A DNA stretch of 21,481 nucleotides from an uncultured archaeon (GCA_937921685.1 CAKZUF010000004.1:1-21481), one strand, 5' to 3'. Positions 9,204 to 17,371 are shown, numbered from the stretch's first letter. The notes: generated by a model not told the origin, from the letters alone. A program made the numbers and translations.

Positions 9204-10745
9204 TCAGCCTCTTCTAACAAACAATATGGCTAAAACGCCTGCCAGCGCCACTATGATTAGAAGATTGAACATGGCTGTAGTGGCGAGTGCTGGTATGGAT
9301 TGAACCTGAATAGCTGATGGGGTGAGCTTGACGGAGTAGATTATCGCAGAGTTTTCTCCGGCAAATAAGATAGTTGAGGTGGACCACACAGCTACATAGG
9401 CGGTTGAGACGAATATTCCAGACATCCACCCGGTTAGCACAGCGCGGAGCGAGATTCTTGTAGTCGGCTCGGTTTTGGTTTGCTGTATCCCGAAGACCTC
9501 CCAGACAGGAAAGACTGGGAATAGCTTTACAAACAGCAACAGGATCAGCGCTAGGCCCGCGAAAGAGCCTGCGGTGAGTAAAAACTCCACATATGTAGGC
9601 GTATATTGGGAGACGGCTGACTGGACGGTCGGGAGACCTTCATGGTGCATCAGCCCCGGCAAAACTATTAACACTCTCTTAACCCACATGGCTGGGAGGA
9701 CTACTGCAGACATTGCAACGACCGCTTTATAGGTTCTTATCCTCGGTATAAGCAAAACAACACTAGCCAGTATAAGAGAGGCCAACACATACCATGTTAG
9801 AGGGCTGTAAGGCCCAGTCCATGAAAACTCTGAGACTGTAATGTCTTCAGATACTGCCGCGTATCTGATGGTGAATGTCTCTACGAGCATAAAGTAGAGA
9901 TAGCCCAGCAAGAAGACCACAAGTATCTTTCCCAGATTAATGAAGGTTCTATCGGGGATTACTTCGCGGAGAGCAAGTCTCCATCTGATGATGGCCGAGG
10001 TTATTATGACGAGTGATAAGCCTGATAGAAGCGCGCCTATTATGAAGTATGGACCCATGATTGCGTCGTTCCATGTTGGGACAGACTTCATCCCGCCAAA
10101 TATCCAGCCCGTAACCGTGTGCATCATGACCGCAACAGGCACTGCAGCTATTGCGAGGATTTTAAGCCCCGACTCAAGTAAATGGAGCTGGTCTTTATCC
10201 CCCCGCCAGTCATAGCGTAGGAGGTTATGGAGCCATGAAAGACGGCCCTCCTTCTCTGCCATGACCGCTATATCGGGTATAAGGGCTACGTGTAGATAGC
10301 CTAGGCCTGTGAGAAGATAGAAAAGAAGGACGATTACATCCCATCCGACCGGCGACTGTATCCTGCCGAAAAGAGGTATGTAAGCGATGGCGCGGAAGAA
10401 TTGCCCCACATCGAACAATATGTTAAGGGCGGCCATCAACAGGCTTCCAACAGTTATGACTTCAGCTATCCTCGTTATCGGTTTGCCCCATTCCAGGTTG
10501 AGCAGCCTCATAACCGATGAGATGAAGGTACCGGACATGCTTATGCTTATGAAGAAGACGAAATTAGCCATGTAAACCCCCCAGACAACGGGCCTGTTAA
10601 GTCCTGTGACTGTGAGCCCCTGAGTCAGCTGTTGAAGCCATGCAAACAAGGCTAGAAGAATTATGAGTGCCAGCACTCCTAGAGTGATGTATGCTAATCT
10701 ACCGAAGCTTCCAGCGCTATAGTACTTGTTGAAGCCGACCTCCAT
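9204..10745 (-). CDS. NrfD/PsrC-family polytopic membrane (quinol-interacting) subunit of the molybdopterin oxidoreductase, with extra C-terminal helices
   Basis: 513-aa highly hydrophobic ORF. 'GLTVTGLNRPVVWGVYMANFVFFISISMSGTFIS' resembles the conserved NrfD N-terminal helices. Its ATG at 10745 directly abuts the TAG stop of the Fe-S subunit gene (10746-10748). Confidence 0.7.
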   Translation of the reverse strand: MEVGFNKYYSAGSFGRLAYITLGVLALIILLALFAWLQQLTQGLTVTGLNRPVVWGVYMANFVFFISISMSGTFISSVMRLLNLEWGKPITRIAEVITVGSLLMAALNILFDVGQFFRAIAYIPLFGRIQSPVGWDVIVLLFYLLTGLGYLHVALIPDIAVMAEKEGRLSWLHNLLRYDWRGDKDQLHLLESGLKILAIAAVPVAVMMHTVTGWIFGGMKSVPTWNDAIMGPYFIIGALLSGLSLVIITSAIIRWRLALREVIPDRTFINLGKILVVFLLGYLYFMLVETFTIRYAAVSEDITVSEFSWTGPYSPLTWYVLASLILASVVLLIPRIRTYKAVVAMSAVVLPAMWVKRVLIVLPGLMHHEGLPTVQSAVSQYTPTYVEFLLTAGSFAGLALILLLFVKLFPVFPVWEVFGIQQTKTEPTTRISLRAVLTGWMSGIFVSTAYVAVWSTSTILFAGENSAIIYSVKLTPSAIQVQSIPALATTAMFNLLIIVALAGVLAILFVRRG

Positions 10746-11561
10746 CTATCTCCCCTCCTGGAGATATATCACCTTCGGATTTGTCCCCAGCTCCTCAAAC
10801 AGTCTAAAAGCCCTCTTACTCTTAGCCATCCGCGAAGCCAAGCTCTCTGGGTCGTCGAGGTCCCCGAAGATTAGTGCTCTACCCGTGCAACTCCTGACAC
10901 ATGACGGCAGATAGTTGAGCTCTCTGAAGTCGAAGTCGATCCACAAATCCTCGGGATCAGCTCTCTCAACCTCGTCGCTTTTCATGATAAGTCTCCGCAT
11001 TAGAGTATCCACAGCTTTACTGACCTTCTCATCTAGGCTCATATTGTTTTTGACAACCTTAGCTATGGCCGGCGGAACGTTTCCAGAACTTATATCCCTC
11101 TTTAAACGCATAATTCTGTGGACACAGAAAGTGCATTTCTCTACAACCCCTGCAGGCCTCACTGGCACGGTTGGATTGAGATAGTCTAAATAGGTGTCCG
11201 GCCATGACGGTTCACGCCAGTTGAAGTATCTGACACCGTAGGGGCAGGCGACCATACAGAGCCTGCAGCCGATGCACCTGTTATAGTCTTGATCTACTAT
11301 ACCGTCTTCGCGCCTGAATGTTGCGCCGACTGGGCAGACCTAGACGCATGGAGGGCTGTCGCAGTGCATGCAGGGTCTTGGCAGCATGGAGACCCGCCCA
11401 TCGACGTTTTTAACTACTAGGTCCATCCAGGAGATTTGACGACCCGCTGCTTGCTCAGCTTCACTCCCTATAGGCACATTATTCTCTGCTTTACATGCAA
11501 CTACGCAGGCTTGACAGGCCGTGCATTTATCCAAGTCTATAACCATACCCCACCTGACCAT
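10746..11561 (-). pseudogene. PsrB/DmsB-type four-cluster [4Fe-4S] electron-transfer subunit, interrupted by one in-frame TAG at 11340-11342
   Basis: Track ORFs 11340..11576 and 10746..11255 share a frame, and the 84 nt between them contain no stop. The joined reading is MVRWGMVIDLDKCTACQACVVACKAEN...CMHCDSPPCV[TAG][36 protein letters not shown]...KCTFCVHRI...[20 protein letters not shown]. The likely ATG at 11561 overlaps the psrA stop (TGATG). Confidence 0.8.
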
Positions 11562-13996
11562 CACGCACCACCCCACTTAGAAATCCTGACGCGCGTCGAT
11601 GAGAAACCAGCCGAGCCTGACAGCCTTTCCCGCCTCTCGACAAGGATTGTGTTGACATTAGTTCCCGTCTTCGAGGCCCATCTGCCATAGGCTTTCCGGC
11701 CTATTCCGAAGGGCATGACAACGACCTCAGGCATTGAGGTTGGATGTGTCTTCGCTCTGGTAATTAAACTTCCAGCAGGCGACTCTACCACGACTAAGTC
11801 ACCATCATTTATACCGAGCTTCTTAGCAGTCTCTGGATGAATCTCCACCCAGTTACGCCAACCCATTCTTACTTGCGGTCCAAAACTAGCTAAAGCCCAG
11901 GGAGAGTTTGTACCTCTCCCCTCCGCATGCATTATCGACTTGTATGTAACTAGGATGAAGGGGTATTGGGATGCGTCTCCAGCGAATTCAGGCTCCTCAT
12001 AATGTGGTAGGAAAACCTCTACACCTCTTGCCTTAATGTTTAGATTGTCAAGCACCATCTCATACGCATGCTCAAACTCTACCCCCTTCTCTTTTGCGAT
12101 TTTCTGGGCTAAACTTGTAAGCTTCTCCTCCAAGGTCTTAGAGTGGAACTCAAACCTTCCAGTCTTTGTCCGCAACTCGTGTCTATAGTCTTCGAAACTG
12201 TAGGGTGGATCTGCCCAGAAGCCATATTTCAACACATTAGCCCAGAATTCTTCGAAACTGTTCATTCGGGAGACGGGGACGGGCCCAACCTTTCCACGTT
12301 TACTCTCCCAGATCCCACTCCATCTAAACTTTATGACCTCTTCAAAACTATTCCATGGAAAAGCCTCTGCTACGACGCCACCAATCCTCTCCGCCAGCTC
12401 TATTATCACGTCTCCTGTATTCGCGGTATTGTAGAGGGGCTTAACAACGGGCTGACGTATTGAGGCAACAGGGTAGCCGAGACTTGGGTAAATAACGTCG
12501 TCCATCCAGCGTTCGAGATATGTGTGGTCAGGCAGGACTACGTCTGCATAATAGGCTGTTGTCTCATCCATGAATGGGGAAGTGCTGACTATGAATGGTA
12601 TCTTCTCCAAAGCCTTCTCCCAAACAGCTATGTTGGGGGATGAGAATACTGGATTGGTATAGTAGGTCATCAAAACCTCTACTGGGTATGGTCTACCCTC
12701 AACGACCGACTCGGCAACCTGCTGATATACGTTCTTCGCGAATGGATACCTCTCTGTTCCTGCATAGTCTACGCGTATTTTGGCCAGCCCCTCTTCAGCT
12801 ACCTTATCAAGAGTAAGCTGCGGCCATTCTTTGAAAGGAGGCGACTTCTGCACGATCACACCACCCTTTCTACCTATGCTGCCGACCAGCGCGTTTAGGG
12901 CATGGATGGCCATGTAGTTGTAGACGCCATTAGGCTGCATCATAGCTCCCCTTTGGCCGGCGGCGATAGCCGGCCTAGTCGTCGCGAACTCGTGGGCTAT
13001 TCTTTCAATAGTCTCTGAAGAAACACCAGTAACACTCTCAGCCCACTCCACCCCATATTTGGAGAGAACCGTCTCCGCAAACTCTTCAAAACCATACGTG
13101 TGGTCCTCGACAAACTCCCTGTCATATAGCTTATCTCTGATTATCACATGCGCTATCCCGAGAGCTAAGGCTCCGTCAGTACCAGGTCTTATTCTGATCC
13201 ACTCGTCAGCCTTTATGGCAGTAGTCGAGTATCTTACATCCACTACAACTATCTTGGCCCGAATAGGCCTCTCACCCCTAATGTGGCCATAGCTTCTTAG
13301 AAGCCTCGTCGTCGGCCTCCATGCCTCTATGAAGCCTGCTCCGAAGAGAAGCAGGTAGTTAGCGTTTTGCCAGTCATAGCCCAAGTAAGCTTTGACACCT
13401 TGCGTAAGGTAATGCGCAATTACTGCGCCATCAGAGCATATACTACTATGGCCCACGCGGTTTGGTGTTCCGAAGGCGGTTGTGAATCTCGAGATGAAGT
13501 CTCCCATGTTGCCTCGGACTCTGCCATCAAGCCAGACAAAACGCTCAGGTGTCCCGGCCCTACGCAGCTCAGATAGTCTTGAAGAGACTAGGTCGATGGC
13601 CTCTCTCCAGCTGACCTCCCTAAATCCAATTTTACCTCTCTCGCCAACCCTGACGAGAGGTCCGGTGATTCTATCGGGATCGTATAGTATTTGGAGGCCG
13701 TAGTGCGCCTTAGGGCATATCGACCCTCTATTAATGGGGTGGAGAGGGTTACCCTCTATCTTGACGGCTCTACCCTCAGCTACCCGCACTGCTATCCCAC
13801 ATCCGGCTGGGCACTGCAGACACGTGCTCGCCACCCAGCTATCTTCAACAAACCTATAGTCAGACCTAGCGTGTAGTATTTCTGTCTGGAGGCTGAGAAG
13901 CGTCTCTCTCGGCGCCGCGATTAGTGAACCTATTGCGCTGGCAGCTGCGGTGGCTGTAACCACCCTCATGAAGTCCCTTCTGCTGACGCCTGACAT
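11561..13996 (-). CDS. Molybdopterin (bis-MGD) oxidoreductase catalytic subunit, Psr/Phs/Ttr/Arr-like, Tat-exported
   Basis: Twin-arginine signal 'MSGVSRRDFMRVVTATAAASAIG', N-terminal Fe-S motif 'CLQCPAGCGIAVRV', candidate Mo-ligand region 'GHSSICSDG', and about 810 aa. The ATG at 13996 is preferred over the TTG at 14011. The substrate cannot be assigned from sequence alone. Confidence 0.9.
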   Translation of the reverse strand: MSGVSRRDFMRVVTATAAASAIGSLIAAPRETLLSLQTEILHARSDYRFVEDSWVASTCLQCPAGCGIAVRVAEGRAVKIEGNPLHPINRGSICPKAHYGLQILYDPDRITGPLVRVGERGKIGFREVSWREAIDLVSSRLSELRRAGTPERFVWLDGRVRGNMGDFISRFTTAFGTPNRVGHSSICSDGAVIAHYLTQGVKAYLGYDWQNANYLLLFGAGFIEAWRPTTRLLRSYGHIRGERPIRAKIVVVDVRYSTTAIKADEWIRIRPGTDGALALGIAHVIIRDKLYDREFVEDHTYGFEEFAETVLSKYGVEWAESVTGVSSETIERIAHEFATTRPAIAAGQRGAMMQPNGVYNYMAIHALNALVGSIGRKGGVIVQKSPPFKEWPQLTLDKVAEEGLAKIRVDYAGTERYPFAKNVYQQVAESVVEGRPYPVEVLMTYYTNPVFSSPNIAVWEKALEKIPFIVSTSPFMDETTAYYADVVLPDHTYLERWMDDVIYPSLGYPVASIRQPVVKPLYNTANTGDVIIELAERIGGVVAEAFPWNSFEEVIKFRWSGIWESKRGKVGPVPVSRMNSFEEFWANVLKYGFWADPPYSFEDYRHELRTKTGRFEFHSKTLEEKLTSLAQKIAKEKGVEFEHAYEMVLDNLNIKARGVEVFLPHYEEPEFAGDASQYPFILVTYKSIMHAEGRGTNSPWALASFGPQVRMGWRNWVEIHPETAKKLGINDGDLVVVESPAGSLITRAKTHPTSMPEVVVMPFGIGRKAYGRWASKTGTNVNTILVERRERLSGSAGFSSTRVRISKWGGA

Positions 13997-14014
13997 GCAC
14001 GTGTTACGCAACTA

Positions 14015-14043
14015 ACTATAATTTTAGGCAAATTTAATATAAA
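14015..14043 (-). promoter_or_regulatory. AT-rich core promoter region of the oxidoreductase operon, with two candidate TATA boxes
   Basis: On the minus strand, 'CTTTATATTAAATT' and 'AAAATTATAG' lie about 24-45 nt upstream of the candidate starts at 14011 and 13996. Pattern only. Confidence 0.45.
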
Positions 14044-14050
14044 GTCTAAA

Positions 14051-14070
14051 AATGCATGCAAATGCATGCT
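14051..14070. promoter_or_regulatory. Tandem 10-bp repeat AATGCATGCA/AATGCATGCT containing the 8-bp palindrome TGCATGCA; candidate transcription-factor site
   Basis: Read directly from the sequence. The two units sit exactly one helical turn apart, immediately upstream (operon sense) of the TATA-like boxes. Confidence 0.4.
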
Positions 14071-14113
14071 TTTGTATTCAAGCTACTCCCAGCGGTCTGC
14101 CATTACGCCGGAT

Positions 14114-14800
14114 TTAAGGCTGGTTTTTCAAATTCTGATAATACTTGCAGAGGCTATTTAAGATACAGTCCCCACACAAGGGCCTTCTGGCCCTACAGAC
14201 TCTACGTCCATGGGCTATTAAGAGAAGATGCGCCAAGTGTCTCGAGTCGGTGCTGAATACTTCTTCCAGCCGCTTACGTACCCTCTCATAACTCGCGCCC
14301 TCATCCACCAAGCCAATGCGAGCTGAGACCCTCCGCACATGAGTGTCCACCGGGACGGTATGTGCAATCCCCATCGTGGCTAGGAGGACGTCGGCCGTCT
14401 TTCCACCCACACCTGGCAGAGCCATTAGCCTCTCCCTCACCTCCTCTGCATCCCCCTTAAGCATGTTCCAAAGATCACCGTCATACCTCTCCACGACAGT
14501 CCGGGAGACCTCGAGGAGGAACTTGGCTTTAGACCGGTACATGCCGGCCATTCGTATAGCCTTCTCAACCCTCCTCCTCCCAGCCTCCAAAATCGCTGAG
14601 GGGGTAAGCCCCATATCAATCTCAAGCGTCTTAAGCGCGTTGAGGGCAGCCTTATCCGTCGTGTTCTGCGACAATATTGTCGCTACTAGGACTCGGAAGG
14701 GGTCTCTGCTCTGGAGATGAGTGTAGAGCGAGACATACTCTTCCGCCTGTATCCTGTACTGCGTCCTCAGTCTTCGCAGAATCTCCTCGCCGATAGCCAA
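14114..14800 (-). CDS. nth: Endonuclease III (HhH-GPD DNA glycosylase/AP lyase with a [4Fe-4S] cluster)
   Basis: 'VATILSQNTTD', the HhH motif 'LMALPGVGGKTADVLL', 'VPVDTHVRRV', and the cluster motif C-x6-C-x2-C-x5-C ('CRARRPLCGDCILNSLC'). The maximal ORF runs to the GTG at 14911, but that start would overlap the divergent gene and lie upstream of the shared TATA box. The in-frame TTG at 14800 gives a typical length of about 228 aa. Confidence 0.85.
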   Translation of the reverse strand: MAIGEEILRRLRTQYRIQAEEYVSLYTHLQSRDPFRVLVATILSQNTTDKAALNALKTLEIDMGLTPSAILEAGRRRVEKAIRMAGMYRSKAKFLLEVSRTVVERYDGDLWNMLKGDAEEVRERLMALPGVGGKTADVLLATMGIAHTVPVDTHVRRVSARIGLVDEGASYERVRKRLEEVFSTDSRHLAHLLLIAHGRRVCRARRPLCGDCILNSLCKYYQNLKNQP

Positions 14801-14860
14801 TCTGCACAGAAAGTGTTCAGGCGCGAGATAACAATTCCCTTTTGGGGAGCCTGTGTAGTC

Positions 14861-14869
14861 TTTAAATTT
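14861..14869. promoter_or_regulatory. TATA-like box 'TTTAAATTT' between divergent nth and the nuoI-like gene
   Basis: It is the only AT-rich element in the divergent region, about 30-37 nt upstream of the ATG at 14898. Its reverse complement could also serve nth. Confidence 0.45.
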
Positions 14870-14897
14870 GGCTCCCGATGCGGAACTAGTGGCGTAG

Positions 14898-15821
14898 ATG
14901 TCCGCAGCCACGCTGCTTAGAGAGATTCTGAGGCCTATATGGGTAGCCGCTAGGCATGTATTCTTTAAGCCCTACACCTATAAGTATCCATACGAGGAGA
15001 TACCTAATCTTCCCAGTGAGAACTACAGGTTTGACCCCAAGCAGGGGTTCGCCTACCCGGGTTTTAAGGGCAGGCACTTACTAATCCTTGAGAAGTGCAC
15101 CGGCTGCAGCCTCTGCGACATAGCTTGCCAAAACATTGCGGAGGCCATAACGATGGTCTACGCGTTTGACGTAATCATCGAGGCTGAAGAGAAGGATTAT
15201 AACGAGTTCGCCTCTGGGAGGGGGGTGCTCTCAGAGCTTCTCGACCGTGTGGTGGAGGGGTTCACTAGGCCTCTCGTGGAGCCGGGGCCCGGGACTGGGG
15301 GGTCGCATCCGCTTTTGGGATTTTTTGCCGATTTGAAGAGAGTCGTCAAGGCTGATGGCAAGGCTTCGATAAGGCTTAATTCCGACCCGATATGGGAGCA
15401 CAACTCGGCTACACTATACAGCAACTACCTCGACGAGCAATTCAGCCAGCTTGAGAAGAGTGGCTGGAGCTTCAGCATACTAGAGGACAAGTTCCCAGAC
15501 GCCATTGTCTACGGGGCCAGCAAGAATGGGTGTAGCGTCAAGATAATAATCCAGAAGCGCGACCTCAAATACCCCCAGAACAAGAAGTCCTATTTCCCAC
15601 AGGTAGACTATGGGAGGTGCGTCTTCTGCGGCTTCTGTGTCGACGCCTGTCCGTTCTACGCGCTAGAGATGACCCCAGACGTGGAGCTCTCATCTATTTC
15701 CCGCCAAGGCTTGGTCTATAACCCCTACATGCTGGCCGGCCCCAAGATCTCCACCAACCCACCCTCCACAAACCCGATAGACGCCTTTTACGGATGGCTG
15801 AGGGCCAAGCTCGGCCGGTGA
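14898..15821 (+). CDS. nuoI: NuoI-like (complex I subunit I / 2x[4Fe-4S] ferredoxin) protein with a large internal insertion
   Basis: The N-terminus 'FFKPYTYKYPYEEIPNLPSENYRF...GFKGRHLL' matches the NuoI lead-in. First cluster motif 'CTGCSLCDIAC', second 'CVFCGFCVDACP'. The motifs are 163 residues apart, against a few tens in canonical NuoI. Confidence 0.75.
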   Translation: MSAATLLREILRPIWVAARHVFFKPYTYKYPYEEIPNLPSENYRFDPKQGFAYPGFKGRHLLILEKCTGCSLCDIACQNIAEAITMVYAFDVIIEAEEKDYNEFASGRGVLSELLDRVVEGFTRPLVEPGPGTGGSHPLLGFFADLKRVVKADGKASIRLNSDPIWEHNSATLYSNYLDEQFSQLEKSGWSFSILEDKFPDAIVYGASKNGCSVKIIIQKRDLKYPQNKKSYFPQVDYGRCVFCGFCVDACPFYALEMTPDVELSSISRQGLVYNPYMLAGPKISTNPPSTNPIDAFYGWLRAKLGR

Positions 15822-15886
15822 CGACCGACAGAGGGTTACCTATTTAGCCACCTCTAGAGCGAGATTCTTCTGACGGTGATTCTTAC

Positions 15887-16978
15887 TTGAGCGGCCTTAG
15901 ACTCGGAATTGTTTTGGCGTCTGAGGAGTATTCACCAAGCGAGCTCGTCAGGCAGGGCGTGGAGGCTGAGAAAAATGGGCTTGACACCGCATGGGGCTCA
16001 GACCATTTCCACCCATGGTTTGACACTGGAGCCCACGGAGTCTTTATATGGTCAGTACTGTCCTCGGTCGGCGCCCTCACACAGAAGATAGTGATGGGCA
16101 CAAGTGTTACCTGTCCACTCTTTAGATACCCGCCGCCGATTGTAGCACAGGCCTTCGCTACGATGCAGAACCTGTTTCCGGGAAGGATGTTCCTAGGCGT
16201 GGGGACTGGTGAGGCTCTAAACGAAGTCCCATGCGGATTCTCTTGGCCTTCCTACCGGGAGAGGTTGGAGAGGCTTGAGGAAGCGGTCTTCATGACGAGG
16301 ATTCTCTGGCAGGGGAAACAGGTGACATATCGCGGAAGATACTACAGCCTTAACAAGGCAAAGCTATACGACCCACCACCAGTCGATATACCAATACACA
16401 TTGCCTCAAGCGGTGCTAGAGGGGCTAGGCTGGCGGGAATGCTTGCCGACGCCTTCATGACGCTGCCGGTTGACGATCTCACAGCATATACCCAGAAGCT
16501 CTTCCCCGCGCTGGATGACGGCGCGAGAGAGGTGGGCAGGAGGGGCGAGGATGTTGAGAAGTCCCTACTCGTACATGTGGGATTCCATGAGGAGGACTAT
16601 GAGAAGGCGCTTAGGTCGCTCCTCCCCTGGCGCGGAACACTCCTCCCAATATTCTTCGACCTAAACGTCTACGACCCAAAATACATCGAGATGCACGGTA
16701 ACAGGGTCTCGGAAGAGCTGGTTAAAGACGTCTTCCTAGTGGCTACGAAGGCTGAAGAGGTCATCAAGTATCTTGAGAAGTATCTTGCGCTGGGGTTCAG
16801 GCACATTGCCTTCTCTGTCAGCGGGGACCCCATAGGGTTCATCAGGGTGCTGGGGAAGGAGGTCGCCCCCTATCTGAGAGAGATCTATGGAGAGGCCAAG
16901 ATACCCTATCGGGGCAGCTACACCAGGGAGAACCTCCAGCGATATATTGAGCTACGGGGGATAAAACTACAGCTCTAG
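15887..16978 (+). CDS. Luciferase-like monooxygenase (LLM) family oxidoreductase, F420-dependent G6PD-like subfamily
   Basis: 363-aa ORF (TTG start). The N-terminus 'LGIVLASEEYSPSELVRQGVEAEKNGLDTAWGSDHFHPW' resembles the Fgd/LLM N-terminal signature. Substrate and cofactor cannot be determined by eye. Confidence 0.7.
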   Translation: MSGLRLGIVLASEEYSPSELVRQGVEAEKNGLDTAWGSDHFHPWFDTGAHGVFIWSVLSSVGALTQKIVMGTSVTCPLFRYPPPIVAQAFATMQNLFPGRMFLGVGTGEALNEVPCGFSWPSYRERLERLEEAVFMTRILWQGKQVTYRGRYYSLNKAKLYDPPPVDIPIHIASSGARGARLAGMLADAFMTLPVDDLTAYTQKLFPALDDGAREVGRRGEDVEKSLLVHVGFHEEDYEKALRSLLPWRGTLLPIFFDLNVYDPKYIEMHGNRVSEELVKDVFLVATKAEEVIKYLEKYLALGFRHIAFSVSGDPIGFIRVLGKEVAPYLREIYGEAKIPYRGSYTRENLQRYIELRGIKLQL

Positions 16979-17026
16979 CCATCCTCTAAGAGAATACCTA
17001 AAAGCTGCCACGCCCCCATTTTCGCG

Positions 17027-17371
17027 TTGTCGGCCAGCCAGAGAACAGGGTTGCGTGAGGCGTGGAAAACCTTTAGAGAGATTGTCGCCGATCTCAGGGG
17101 CTTTCTCGAGACGGACGACTATAGATACGTGGTGATGGCGCATGAGAAGGCTGAGTCCCTCGCATCGAGTAGGGAAGTGGTAGAGCTGAGCGGTGTTAGG
17201 GACCTATTGGAAAACCTCAGACAGATGCGGGAGAGGGTAGAGAGGGGCGGCTATAACCTGTCAACGCTTGAGCACGGCCTCTTGGCGCAACAGGCAGTAT
17301 ACGTGATCTCCCGGTCAAATATCCTCGCGACGGGCCTAGAATTCCGGTTCAAGAGGGCGAGGGGAGGCTAA
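17027..17371 (+). CDS. Hypothetical protein (114 aa, predicted helical)
   Basis: Open frame from a TTG start with protein-like composition and no recognisable motif. Coding status is uncertain. Confidence 0.4.
   Translation: MSASQRTGLREAWKTFREIVADLRGFLETDDYRYVVMAHEKAESLASSREVVELSGVRDLLENLRQMRERVERGGYNLSTLEHGLLAQQAVYVISRSNILATGLEFRFKRARGG

Noticed and set aside
11340-11342. The in-frame TAG as pyrrolysine or as evidence of a reassigned stop codon
   Set aside because: TAG terminates at least four other ORFs in this window at sensible protein ends. No Pyl machinery is visible here, and it is a trait of methanogens and a few bacteria rather than of this gene context. It cannot be fully excluded without the genome, so only context-specific readthrough is kept as a minor option.
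9214-13876. Antisense and alternative-frame ORFs across the psrC, psrB and psrA genes (for example 9475..9732, 9940..10215, 10915..11184, 11436..11690, 12143..12463, 13482..13703)
   Set aside because: They are shadow ORFs of the oxidoreductase operon, with low-complexity translations.
14801-14911. 37-codon N-terminal extension of nth (GTG at 14911)
   Set aside because: It would overlap the divergent nuoI-like ATG by 14 nt and place the start upstream of the only TATA-like element. The TTG at 14800 gives a canonical-length endonuclease III. The longer form is kept as an alternative in the feature note.
15165-15590. The NuoI insertion as an intein or an inserted mobile element
   Set aside because: There are no intein splice-junction residues (Cys/Ser at the N-extein boundary, His-Asn at the C-terminus), no endonuclease motifs, and no flanking repeats. 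The frame is continuous.
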